A model generated the notes under the pieces. The model was not told the origin of the DNA and did no database searches. It saw nothing but the letters and a program-made list of their open reading frames with translations. The position numbers were made by a program, and so were the translations under genes. A stretch of 64,000 nucleotides of DNA from the NCBI GenBank assembly GCA_030141605.1, contig JAQGDQ010000033.1:310001-374000 (forward strand). The letters run 5' to 3'. How positions within the stretch are numbered: position 1 is the first letter of the stretch; each line of letters begins with the position of its first letter. This DNA comes from Tubiluchus corallicola. Lineage: Eukaryota > Animalia > Priapulida. Below are positions 46,706-59,409 of this stretch, piece after piece.

Positions 46706-49700
46706 GTTTGTCTTTCGACTTATTTAATGGCAGTCTAGCTTGAGCAGATAGATACCCATTTATATGCTCACGCGCATTTCCTATGCGCACTGTGTCTCGT
46801 CATAAGTAATTTTTTACTGAATTACTGACTCAGACTCAACAGTGTGGTATTAGTGGGTGCTGTGATAAATTGTCTCACATATTTGTTGTTTAGAGTAATA
46901 ATTGCCAGCAGCAATATGCAAATTACTTTAGTTAATTGTTGGCAACTTGCCAGCAGCCAATCACAATGATTTTCCTTACACATACTGAAGAGTAATATTA
47001 ATGACTATTACAGAAAGCAAGACTATTTGGAGAACAAAGTAAAAGTATGGTTATTGTCATATAGTTGCCAAAACAACAGTATGCTTTTCATAATTACAAA
47101 ATTTTTCTATATCAGCTTTTGAAGGGCAGCCAAACAGAATAACCCAGCAATATCTTACGTATTTATTATATTCTAAGAGAAAGGAGCTTACATATTAAAG
47201 CGAGTATGACTGTATTTGTAGTAGAAAGATGGCACCACATTAGGGAAATACGTGTAAACTGTAAAGTTGATACAGAATCTCTGACCGTATTTAATAGTAT
47301 TAGCTAGATACTCAAAACTAACAGAATCCCTCAGTGAACAACCAGCTTTATGGTTACCACACATATACTCCTCTTTATAGAGAATGTTCATACTGAGAAA
47401 TTCAATCGTACCATAGCAGTGTCACACCATGCTTTGTGGGGCTGGAAAAATTGCTGAAGACGCCTTGTTTTTTGCAGTGACATTGGTTGGTTTGCAGTTT
47501 TTTTAAGCTAAACAGTTATAACAACCATACTAATGGCTATTCTTGTGCTGAGCGGTTGAGCCTATAAATTACATGCTAACTCGTAACAGGGAACTTCGAT
47601 TACTGTTACGCCATTAGCCTGTCATGATCAATAGTGAGTGAAAAATACAACATTGCCATGTATAAGTTGATTAAGGAATAAAGCTGAATGTGGGGAGGAG
47701 AGTGAAGTCATATAAATGACTGTGCCTGTTCAATAGCTCAAATACTCAAAAATTTCTTCAACCATCACGTGGAATAAATTTGCATCCTGATATCTACAGC
47801 TCGCACAAAATGTTACTGTTGAAATCTTTACATTTTTCATTGATCCCGGATTACAAATTGTTTGCTTACAGCTTCGCTTTTTGAGGCTCTAAAAATAGAT
47901 TTAGATCAAAATCCAAGCTCTTCTAAAAAAGTTGGAAAATTGTACAGGGTTAGGTGTATTCACTGATACGAATAGTAGATGCATGATGCAATACTTTTAT
48001 GGCTTTTGACTGTTAAAATCACTTAAATTTGACTAGCCTTTTTTAATAACCAAACATAAAGCTTTGTTTTTGTAAAATGTGCAATTTGTAGCAGAGTATC
48101 CTTATTTGTGAAACAATTAGCATGCAGTTTTATTAAAATTTAGTGTAAAAATCACGAGACTTCATACTGTCCTCAGTTATCAGTATTCATTTACTAAAAT
48201 TAATTTACATTCTTCTATTACTAAAATCGTTTTTTTTAAAGTAACATCTAAAAGGAACTAAAACATGGGAAACACTAAGTCTCAAAACTTCGAATTATTT
48301 AGTAAGATGGTTACCAAATGTCACGTCTTTTTCTGTGGCTTATTTTTTGCAAATTGCCCACATCTTGTTAGACAATTTGATAATGAAAACGTAGGCCTAT
48401 ACTATATACTTTCAGTTGTCCATCCCAAGTGGTACATGTATTAAATAATGTGACATTACCAGGGCATTTTCGTGAAGGTTTGTGTAGTATGGAATGTCCA
48501 ACACCAAAGAAACGATCATCAAAATTGGCTGAGATAATACAGCTCATTAGTCAAGAAAAGATCCCATGCAATTTGAATAAAATTATAAAAAAATCTAAAC
48601 CAGTCCCAATTTTTCTTACAAAACCTTTACTTTGTCAATTAACAAGTTTTTTTTGGTAGTACATACTGTACCCCCACCAAAATGGGCTAAACATAAAGGA
48701 AATTGTAGACCTACGGAGAGCCAACATGACTTCCTTAGTTGCCACAGCTGATTTTTATACCTGGAATTCCTTAGTTGGCATCTTGCAATCCTAATTAGTA
48801 GATAAGCTTCTAATTTATTAGCGGAAATTTCCAGATTTTTTTCATGCATAGAGAGTCTAATATGCAAAACTAGCCATTTTGTTTTACAATTTTTTAACTC
48901 TGTCTGCTGTTAGGTTCTTATGATATTTCTTTCAACTATTTTCATTCATTCTGTATTCAGTCTGCTTTGGCTTATAACTGTTTAAAAAGAAAACCATATA
49001 AACGTTTATGAACGTTAAAATTACATTTGTTGGATCACAATTTTTAGCTGTCAAACTGCATGGGTCTAAATGATTTTTTTTTTTAAATTCTGCACAGAAT
49101 ATTCGTCTTTGAAGCTTCAAAGAATGATCTGTACCCTTTAAGATTCCAAGTAGTGTGTGCTACTGACGTCATAGTCACTATAGACAGTGCGTGAAACCGG
49201 TAAAAGCATTAAATGTCTGGGCACCCCGAGTTCTGTCAAGCTTTGTGACATATATTTATGACGCCTTGTGTTTGCTTAGTACAACATTTGAGTGCTTTAC
49301 CAACATCAGTTGCCACATTATGCAAATGCAAGACACGGATATTGCTATCGTGTATTAATTATCTAACCTGTAAAACCTGTTTTAGGCCTTCTCAATATTC
49401 TACGTGAATTAAGCAGCTAAGCAATGCCCTTTGATATTCTGTGTCATCGACTGATTAATTAAAATGTTCATGCCATTAATTTTTCACTTGATTTTATATA
49501 TGTTACATACTTACAAGTAATGTCTAAAATTTAGACATTTTATGAAATGTTTGGGCATTTCGTATATTACCTATATATTTCTGGAAAGGCATGAAATAAA
49601 TGTTTTTTGTTGCAGTATTTTCACAAATTATTTTTGTATAATTGCAGGCATTTTGTATAATAGCTAGGATATGTACAGAATGCAAAAAGTGACTTTGGCA

Positions 49701-50844
49701 AAGTACAAAATGAACATAAATCCAACTTTTCCTAGATTTTTTTGTGCAATACCTGGGCATTGTATAGAATCTGTAAAACAGCTACGTGACTCAGTGCATT
49801 AAATTAGCAAGGAGTTCATGTAAATATGTAAATTAATTGCTTTACTTGGCAATGTATTGGTCAGATTCACTAAAAAGTTCCACTTAATGGATGTGATGCA
49901 TTTAAAGGGCATATTTAAGAGCCGCATTGGGAAAGTGAAAAATCGAGCTCTGTTACAGTCTGCGAAATGATCCATAATGTCCAGATCCAGTTTCAGTTTC
50001 CTACAATGAAAACTGTGCCCTGTGATAGCTTTTAAAGATCACAACATCCTAGCTTTGAGGATCCCGCACTTTGCGCCATATCCTAAAACATAACACTTCT
50101 ACAGCAGATTGCAGTTATGAATGAAACGACCTTGCAACTGTAACATTTACTTGAAATGCTAGTTTAACATAAACCTTTTTTAACACAAAAATTTTCAAGT
50201 ACATAAAGCCTGACTTATTTCACACATTCTCTAGAACAAAATTGGCATTATATAAGATGCCTAGGAAAATTTCATTAGAACAATTGATTATTTGTTTTAC
50301 TTTCCCATTACCTAAAATTTATTCACAACTATAAAATTTCACATTACTATAAAAAGCCTAAAAACAGTATATCCAAAAAAGACATACTTTGCCTGATAAA
50401 ATCTTTGCATTATATATAACGTCTAGGAAAAGTGTAGAAGAAATTATTTTAGACACTACCTGGTTTGTCTTGGCATTCCATAAAATACTTAGGTATTCTA
50501 TGGAATGTCCAGTTTCACACTTTGTCTGTAACGTATAATTATACCAGATTTGAAGAATAGTTGTCTTGCATTTTGAAACTAAATGCAGATCAAATAAAAA
50601 ACTGAATCGCATCACAAAATGTCACCACAGAAAGACATCCTGTTATTAGCTTACTGAACTCTGTGCAGGAACAGGAAGACAAATTGTATTTTCGCTACTT
50701 TTTGAACAGTAGAGCCATAACTATTACATGTATTATGCTATTATATTACTACTATCATTATTTTGCAGCAAACCAAAATTAGTTTCCGCCACACACCTTA
50801 AAAACGACTAATGCCAAACTAGCCAGGATGGCGTACCTTCCGTT

Positions 50845-50965
50845 GGAGCTCCTTGTCATGGTGGAAAAGGCTTGCATGATCCAATGGCTCTGAGAGCGAT
50901 GTTGTCAGTAGACTTCACTCCTGGTGGGGCCACTTTTGGCATTGAGGTCGGGGATTCCAGAATGA
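50845..50965 (+). mobile_element. relic resembling the conserved 5' UTR of RTE-clade LINEs
   Basis: CCTTGTCATGGTGGAAAAGGCTTGCATGATCCAATG...GAGCGATGTTGTC...CCTGGTGGGGCCAC resembles RTE/Expander 5' ends as I recall them; not searched. Confidence 0.45.
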
Positions 50966-51521
50966 ACACAACTAACCCAGTGCAGAATAAGCTCATAAAG
51001 CTCATAAATGCTACCCCAGAGGCTGATCTTGGCAGTTAACTGGCATAAGTGGGCAGTGCATACATACTGGCTAACAAAACTCATTCGATACTATAACTGA
51101 GTCAGCATTGAAATTCATTGCAGTTTTATCACCTGAACCTGCATGTCTCATTCCACGTGTGCTGCAAATAAATTTATTGAAATCTTATCACAATGGGTGA
51201 CTTCTGGCAAGCTGAGATTTCCTTAAAAGAACTATCATAACGGTATTCCTTTCTGCAGGCTTCTGTGAGTCACCAATTTGTAAAGTCCTATAAGGATGGT
51301 AGGAGCAGGTTTTGGAGAAACTGGAAACCCTTAGTCCTGACCTGCATATTAGCAACATTTGTATGATAGTTGCCTTTATAAGGTACCCATCTCAAATGAG
51401 GAAGGCCGAAGAAAATATTCGCTAAACAATCGGGAGCCTCCGTTACTACCTAACTGAGTAAATGCATTCACCGGGTCAATCATTTTGAATGCTTGGAAAT
51501 TAAGCAAGGTTAAATGTATGT

Positions 51522-51584
51522 GCTTAACAACTGAGCTTAACAACTGTGCTTAACAACTGAGCTTAACAACTGAGCTTAACAACT
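51522..51584. repeat. 13-bp tandem repeat, about 5 copies
   Basis: GCTTAACAACTG(A/T) repeated. Confidence 0.95.
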
Positions 51585-52349
51585 AAAGTTATGATCAGTA
51601 CTTGTTTTGGCTTTCATCTGCCTTACTGTTTGTAGTATACATATTTGCCTCATACTGTTTGACTGCATTACATGTGCAAATTTACTATGTAAAGAAACAG
51701 TACTTTTGCTATTTTTAAACTCTTCTGTCAGTCCAAAATACTCCTGTTAAGGCAATAATGCAATTAGGTGTAATCAATTCTCGCCAAGGCCTACCATAAT
51801 TACAAATAAAGAATATCATGGTACAGTACAAAGATACAGTACAACCTTCAGTATAATGAGTATATTGTTCTCGTTTTTTTCTTATATTACAGTAAAGGAT
51901 AAAATTATATGAGTAAATGATTAAAAATGAGTAGGCTTAAGCTTTGCAGGTCAACAATAAGTTCACTATGCTATTTAGTTAATAATATTATATACATCCT
52001 CATTCCTCGCATTTTTTGCACAGCTTATACAGATTTGGAATTTAGAGAAGTGGCATTACTGTTACTGCTGTGTATTTTGATTAGCAGAATTCTGCTTTGG
52101 GTTAACTAAGTGTTGACTGTCAGTATCTAGTGATGTATACTTAAAGGCAGTTTGCTTCTCAAATGTGATGGTATTCCTTCGTCACACGAGCCTGGGCCTA
52201 TTTAAGTGTTTATGGAATGTGATTTCTCGTGGGTATTCATGGCAAACATTTACATTATGTTATGTTGTTGTGTGTAAATATTTATTAGGAACTGCATGTG
52301 TATTTGGGCTATAGAGGCAGGCATTTACCTTCACTTGAGAAAAGTATAT

Positions 52350-53807
52350 TGTAAGAACACGTAAAGCTGACTGATTATTATGAACAATGTAGTACAATTT
52401 AATAGAGCACGCATGCGCAGTAGCTAATCCTACATCTCCCTCTTTAAGTGCAAAACACATCTGATTATCTAAATCAATAGTGAAACATGAACTGTTACAC
52501 ATTACAGTTGTCAAATATTGTTCATTAATAATGTCCAATAAGATTTTCGTTCCACATTTTTGAATCTTCAAATTTCAAACCCTTTTTTGATTCACAAATT
52601 CAGCGTTTTCACAGGTTTCACTATGAGACCTGAAGATGTTGAACAACGACGTGTTCATACTTTTGTGAATGACCAGTTAACTGTAACTGCGATGATTGCT
52701 TAGGTTCACTGGCAACACTAGGTTTAGGTGATTTCGGAATAGATGTGGGAGTTACATAGGTATGTGGAGTGTTGGGTTTAGGTTTCGGCAAGGCAGTAAC
52801 TGCTGCAGGGTTGCGCCGTAAAGCTGTACCCTCATCAGTTTCAACAATTATCGATCTTAGACTTGGAGACTTCTCCACAACCACTCAGAACCGATTTTCT
52901 TTAGGAATGTACACATCTTGACCTAACTCTGGTAGCATTCTTGTTCGATGTCGTGTGTTGTAATTATTGCAAGATTTTTCGCAGATAGTCTTTTCCTTTC
53001 GTTCTACTTCTGTTCGCATCGTACAAATACCAAAGTGTGTCTGTGATATTCTTGTTCTTAATTTTCTTCCCAGAAGTTCTGCAGGAGAAAATCCATCTTG
53101 GAGTGGAGCTGATCTGTACCCAGAGGCCAGATATCATTTTTGGTCTTGCTCAGTATTGTCTTAATGGTTCTGACTGGAAGGATACCCCGGCCATCCTTGA
53201 TTAACACATTTAATCACTTCACACATAGTTATTCATCTTTACTGTGCTCATATTGAAACTCTAAAAGTTTCATGGATGAAGCTGAAATGCTCTTCATTGT
53301 GTGATCAGCAAAATCTTCTCCAGCTTCGACCAAATTGTAATCCTCATCACCTGGTAGACTTGATGGAGCTCTGCTCAAAGCATCTGCTGACGTCTGGTTC
53401 TTGCCAGGCACATGCTCAATAGTATATAAAATCTCATGAGATGAAGACGAAATCTCAAAATGCAAGGGGCATCTTGCAAAATGAATTCCAATTTTAGAGG
53501 GGTTAACGGCTTATGATCACTCTGAATTCGAACATGGATTCCTTGAATGTACTGTTTAAATATTTCACACACCTAGGTGCACGCTAATGCTTTTTTTTCT
53601 ATTACGACATATCTTTTTTCTGTCTCCATTAAATATTTGGACGCATAGGCAACAGGCTTCCAAGCACCATCTGTTTCTTGTAGAAAGACTGCACCAAGCC
53701 CTACCTGAGAAGCATCTGCAGGTGTAAGAACACGTAAAGCAGACTGATTATTATGAATAATGTAGTACAATACAATAGAGGGCACATGAACACTAGCTAA
53801 TCCTACA
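52350..53807 (-). mobile_element. internally deleted Ty3/Gypsy LTR retrotransposon in the ASB intron
   Basis: 85-bp TG...CA LTRs at 52350-52434 and 53723-53807 (75/85 identical); TATAT TSD; polypurine tract AAAGAGGGAGA beside the 3' LTR; RNase H (ADASQVGLGAVFLQ, VAYAS, SDHKPL, ADALSR) and integrase-tail (SPAELL, LRRN) remnants. Confidence 0.9.
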
Positions 53808-54265
53808 TATATCGCTTGAGCACCTATTTCATTTCTATTTTATTTTAATATGGTACTTGTGCTCACTATTTATCACTAAGATTCTCAGATTATTTGAATA
53901 TGTACATGTAATGATATACTTTTTTTAATAATAAAAAGTTACATTGTAGGTACAACATATTAATGTAATTATATTGTTTTTACCTTGGATATTATTTACA
54001 CTATAATAGTATGTGTTGGGCTGCTTTTTCTGGCTGTTACAAAATCATTAGCTATGTGTCATATGTCATTAATGTTAATAAAAGCTGTGCTTCGTCATTG
54101 CCGTGTGAATTGAGGCTCAAATTAGGGCTAGTGGTATTTCCAATAAGATTATGTATAATATAATATTAATTAACATTGCATGCCGTACTGGAATTACCTT
54201 TATAATAAATTATGTTAGTACTGTTAGTATGTTAGTATAAAATTTCATATATTATTATTTTGCAG

Positions 54266-54958
54266 GTGTTGTTAGAGGAAGATTTTGTGGAAAAATATGG
54301 CAGTGTGGAGAACAGAGCACTTCATTATGGTGTGTGGAAAGGCAACATGAGAGCTGTTGAGTTATTAGTCAGTGCAGGCTACTCGTGCCAATCTCGAAAT
54401 CATTTCCATGAAACCGCCTTATACGTTGCTGTATGCCGCAATAATTCTTCTTTAGTGGACTATCTCATTCGCCAAGGTGTTGACATGAATGAACGAACTC
54501 GTGGCTGGACACCTTTACAGGTAGCAGCTGGCAGAAACCATACTGATGTGCTCAGAGTGCTGATCCGGCATGGCGCAGGCCTTAACATCGAAGATGACAA
54601 AGGCACAACTGCTCTTTTGTTGGCCATCTTTCAACGACATGTGACAAACGTATTATATCTAATTTATGGTGGGTGCCATGTTAACTGGAATCGCATCAAA
54701 CACATTGACTATGTGCAAAAGGCTTGCGAAAATAGAAAACCAATAGAGAGACTGCTAAAGGCCGAAATAATGGAGGTTAAATCTTTAGCAGAATGTAGCA
54801 GAAGAGCAATCCGACAACATCTTGGGCAGCGCTTGGTATCAAAAGTTCAAAAGCTACCACTGCCAGCTTCCCTAAAAGACTTTGTGCTTTTAAAGAAGGA
54901 ATTGTCGATAACTGACTTGGACGATGAATTTTATAAGTTTACATCTAAACCAGAATGA
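54266..54958 (+). CDS. ankyrin repeat and SOCS-box (ASB-like) protein, last coding exon (296 aa total)
   Basis: ttttgcag acceptor; ankyrin repeats (ALHYGV, ETALYVAV, WTPLQVAAG, TTALLLAI) then SOCS box VKSLAECSRRAIRQHL...LPLPASLKDFVLL; TGA stop. Confidence 0.92.
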   Translation: MLLEEDFVEKYGSVENRALHYGVWKGNMRAVELLVSAGYSCQSRNHFHETALYVAVCRNNSSLVDYLIRQGVDMNERTRGWTPLQVAAGRNHTDVLRVLIRHGAGLNIEDDKGTTALLLAIFQRHVTNVLYLIYGGCHVNWNRIKHIDYVQKACENRKPIERLLKAEIMEVKSLAECSRRAIRQHLGQRLVSKVQKLPLPASLKDFVLLKKELSITDLDDEFYKFTSKPE

Positions 54959-57629
54959 TAAGCCTTGAAAACTGTTAATTGCTAAACAACTGTTTTTGTC
55001 AGACTTGGCAATAACAAATCCTGTTGAAAACTGAAAGTGACACGAAGTGTTCAACAAAGACGTATTATTGCAACTGTCAGAAGCAGATACTGGTACATAC
55101 GTTTCATCACTGTTTGTCACACCGGTGCACTTAGTGAGCCCTTTCTGACATTGTTGCGGAAGAATTTTTGAAATTGAATCTTTCATCTGTCACTGCAAAA
55201 CATTACAAAAATACCAAAGATATTCATGTTTATCAGACTTTATCATTTGGCGCATAATGTTTTGTTCCAGAGATATCCTCATTTCTAAAGGACAACTTTA
55301 AGTGGAAGATCATCAAGTCATATTCTAGTCATGAACCAAAGCATATTATGAAATGCTGTTACCACTGTAAATGTTCAAATGTTTAACATTATAAATATAG
55401 GTTTTTAATAAGTATAATATTGTCATACTCTTGTCAATAATAACTATAGAAATCATGCTATTAAATTATATCCTTTTGTTCTAATTAAAGCTCACCTCCA
55501 ATTTTTCACATTTCCCTCATTCGCGGCAGGTTTGATTTTTAAAATTTAATAATTGTGAGTTTATTCTATGGTTATAATTGTTCATGGTGTTAAGTCTTTT
55601 TTACCATACTCTCAGATAAAGTAAATATATCCAGCAATTGAAATCCAACAGTTCAGATAAGGGAAGATCCTACAACACTTCGTTTTGTTTTTTGTGTTAA
55701 TACATTATATTCCTAGACTGTCTGTCATCACCTAATACTATTATTGCCAGTGTCTTCTTATACTGTAGAAGATAATAGACATATACGGACATGTTTCAGT
55801 CTGTCACAATAGTGTCATGTTAATTCTTGTCATGCTTTCATGTGATATCAGCAAGTTACTGTTAATAAGATAATATTTATGTGTAAATTTCTAGAATTAC
55901 AGGTATTGTACATATCATTTTATTGTTGTCAGTTAGCAGCACATCAACTGTTTATGTGAAAACGTTTTGATATGCCATTATTTGTTGAAAAAAACAACTG
56001 CGTACATTTCACAGAGTGATCACAGGAGCTTTAAAAATTCCATTATTACTGTATTTTCATTTGGACCAGTTCAAAAATTTCCTCACATACTGGGAATTTA
56101 TTTTTTGTAACTTCCGTCTCTTAAGAATATAATACTGTAGCTGTTTGTTTCTAGGTTTCGTAAGTATTATGTAATGTTACGTGTACAGTCTTCATTGATT
56201 TTGCGTGGCAGAGGTTCTATGTCTTTGCATCTGTTGCCTTTATCTTTTTTTATCTGCAGTAATAAACATGAAAGAAGCTTTAGCTGTTACGTAACAGCTT
56301 GTGTGTGAGTATATACAGCATTAATTTTCATTTTTATTAGAGTAATGTGCAGTGCTTATTACTTAACAATTGGTTGCTGCATTACTAAATAAAAACATTT
56401 TAAGATTTACGTTCTTTTTGCTAACATTCTTTGAACTGCCTTTCATTTGAATGTATGCAGCAGTGCCATCGTGACAGCTTGTCATCATGCAGTCCATGCT
56501 GCTTTCAACATGTATTTCGTTGTACACAGAGGACTTTTATCAACATGGAGATACCTTGTCAGGTGACACAGTGGCCTGCAATTCGAGTGGCTTGCATGTA
56601 GTTGCAGCACTGTTCATGCACTTATTTTTTAATTTCACATTTTAATGTCTGCTGTATTGCTGAAGTAGTCGTTTTAATTATATTATGTATTTTACATAAT
56701 TTAATTCTGTTAACTTTTGCATGTTATTTACTTGAATGCTTAATTTTGCACTGGCTTGCACTAATAATAATACTGATTATTGTGTTACATCTTAAATATT
56801 TATTGACTAAATGCTTTAATTTTTTAACTTTTTAGACACTTGATTTTTTTAGTTTTAACTTGTTTCTCAAACTCCATTGTTATGTGTCCTTTGTAACCTA
56901 CAAATCTTTCTATAAATTATAGCAACTTCTTGCCTCATGCATTCTAATGTATAAATTTAGTTTACTTCACCACAGTTTTCTTTGCCCGCAAAGTATTGAA
57001 AAATGTAATTTTTACTCCCTTGTGGAAAAAGGAAGAGGAGAAACCTAATGGTTTAATTTTGTAGAATTGCCTGTACTTAAAATGCAAAGAACTAGAATTA
57101 TTACATATTTTTTCCAGTCTTTGACTACTATTAGGCGCCATATTTGCAAATTTTTCTGACAGGCAAAAATCGGTATTTCTCAGTACCTGGCAGTCTTAAC
57201 TATATTACCTTCATTAAAGGATTGCAGCTTGCTCTGGGTGATATAAGACTCAGCATGATCGTCAGTTAATGAGCAGCAGCGAGTATCTAGGAGCTGTTGA
57301 GTGTTTATATTCTTTTGAAATATTTAATACTGCTTGTACCACGTCTTTTGCAAGCTATACTCTAGCCAAGTAAATGATCATGCATCATTAAGATTAGATT
57401 ATGCATCTTAATACCTGTACCATACTATTCATCAATATAAACTTCGTAATATATTTGGTGTAATAATAATAAACAACTCGTTGCCGTGTGACAAATGATG
57501 GCAGCAGAGTTGTTATAATTATAACTACAACTTCATCATTGTACTCGCATGTGTTTTTTCAGTATAGAGCAATACGATTAATTAGTACAATAATAAAACC
57601 TGCAAATTTACCATGATGTTATTAATGTG

Positions 57630-57636
<7 letters not shown>

Positions 57637-57685
<49 letters not shown>
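57637..57685. repeat. (TA)n microsatellite
   Basis: About 24 TA units. Confidence 0.98.
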
Positions 57686-57687
<2 letters not shown>

Positions 57688-59220
57688 AGCAATATTGATT
57701 GTATAATTGATGTGACACCAAACTATACATACAACATAATTTCCTTTGTAATGATGGTATAGGCTTTAGCAGATATTTAAAAATAAAAAAGGTTTTATGA
57801 AACACCTTAAGGAAATATACATGATTACTTTAAAAAATGCAAGTAAAATTTTGTCTGCTTGCAATATTGATTATTGGTAATATTAATACTTGGTAAATAC
57901 TGTTTGTTTTCCAGCTGTGTACGCTTCCTTACCGCTCCACGAACTTTTGAAATTACATAAATTTTTAAATCAAGATTCAAATCTCAAAATCATCAAATGT
58001 GAAATGACTTGTCACATTTGCAATAAATTGTAAATAATGTTTAATCACAATGTAATGCTAAAGAACTATAAATTTATACATAAAGGAAATTAAAAAAGCA
58101 CTAAACTTACTACAGGTTAGCGCTGCTTATCTGGTTAACTCATTCATGTTCTCAAGTTTCAGCTCTTAAACCGCATTGCTTTTCTGTACATACACATAAA
58201 GAAGATGAGGATAAGTCCATAATTTTTATTTTTATTTAACTCAGCAAATTTCTTTTGTCTTTCACAGATACAAATCAAGTAGGACATGACTTCATTTCAA
58301 TACTTTACAAACAGAAACTGTAAAAGAGCGATATTTATTAATGAGTCCCTTTAAGTTCTCCTTGAAAACAAATTGAAGGAATTGTGATCTTTTAATGCTT
58401 TGCACAGTTTAACTGATAATTTGAAACTGCATGGCGACTTTATAATGGTACAGACCAGGTAAGACTTGCTTTTCTACTGATTGTAGTGGTGGTTCTTAGA
58501 ATAACAAACATTATTAAAAACGTGAAATGCATTATGGAACATTAATTAATTAATACTAGCACAGAATAATATGTGATTATATGAACATGCCGCTTGCCGC
58601 ACACTAAGGAAAACGAATAATCGATGGCTGAACAGGCTTTTCCATTAATTATTAATTAACGGTCACACGTTTGCTAATTGGTTTTCTCATCGTTGCTGCC
58701 CCGAATACCACTACAGAGACGCATGAAAGCAGAATGAATGATGCTATCGTCACTCAAAAGGAAACGTGTGCGAAATTTTGCAATTCCTTGAATGACAAAG
58801 CCCTATTCGTGCCCTTTTGTAGTTGTACTTGAAGTAATTTTGTGTTAGGTGTTAAAATAGACATATTTTACTAATCCATGTCAAGATGATCTTGATACGC
58901 TCTCTCGTTTCTTTTTTTGGAGACAATGTGCACCTGATCTGCCAAAAATACTCATGAAAAGAATGACAACAATAACAGAAAAAGAGTGCCTGTTTTAGTT
59001 GGTGTGAATGCATAAATTTGGGTCCCGACCATTTAAAATCTCAATTTGGATTCAGAGCTGTACAATATGAATGAACAATTAATTCATCTAAATTTTGAAC
59101 AATTTGTAGTTTGTACTTAAGTGCATAGGTATTCATCTTTGCTATCAACAAAAACTGAAAAACAAGTACAGTCATGCATTAATAAACATAACAAAAGATG
59201 TGCTCATTAAAAATCAATCT

Positions 59221-59226
59221 TTTATT
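59221..59226 (-). terminator. putative polyadenylation signal of DDX18
   Basis: AATAAA on the minus strand about 47 nt after the stop codon. Confidence 0.55.
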
Positions 59227-59272
59227 AATCTATATAAACCATTAGCGAATAATGAAATGATTTAGTACTACA

Positions 59273-59409
59273 TTATCTGGAGAAAACACGGGCATCTTTC
59301 TTTCCTGATCGCTTGAACATTTGCGCTTTATGTATTTGTTTGAGATTGAGCGTACCATACCCTCCGCCACCTCCTCGCCGCTTTATCTTACTGCTTTTAC
59401 TGTTAATAT
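59273..59409 (-). CDS. DDX18: DDX18 last coding exon
   Basis: (N)[18 protein letters not shown]...DARVFSR-TAA; phase 1 matches. Confidence 0.9.

Noticed and set aside
47060-47391. Faint resemblance to a hAT transposase dimerisation domain (FPNV...) on the minus strand
   Set aside because: Too degraded to align confidently by eye.
47540-47610. A-box/B-box-like motifs suggesting a tRNA or SINE head
   Set aside because: No cloverleaf could be formed and both boxes are imperfect.
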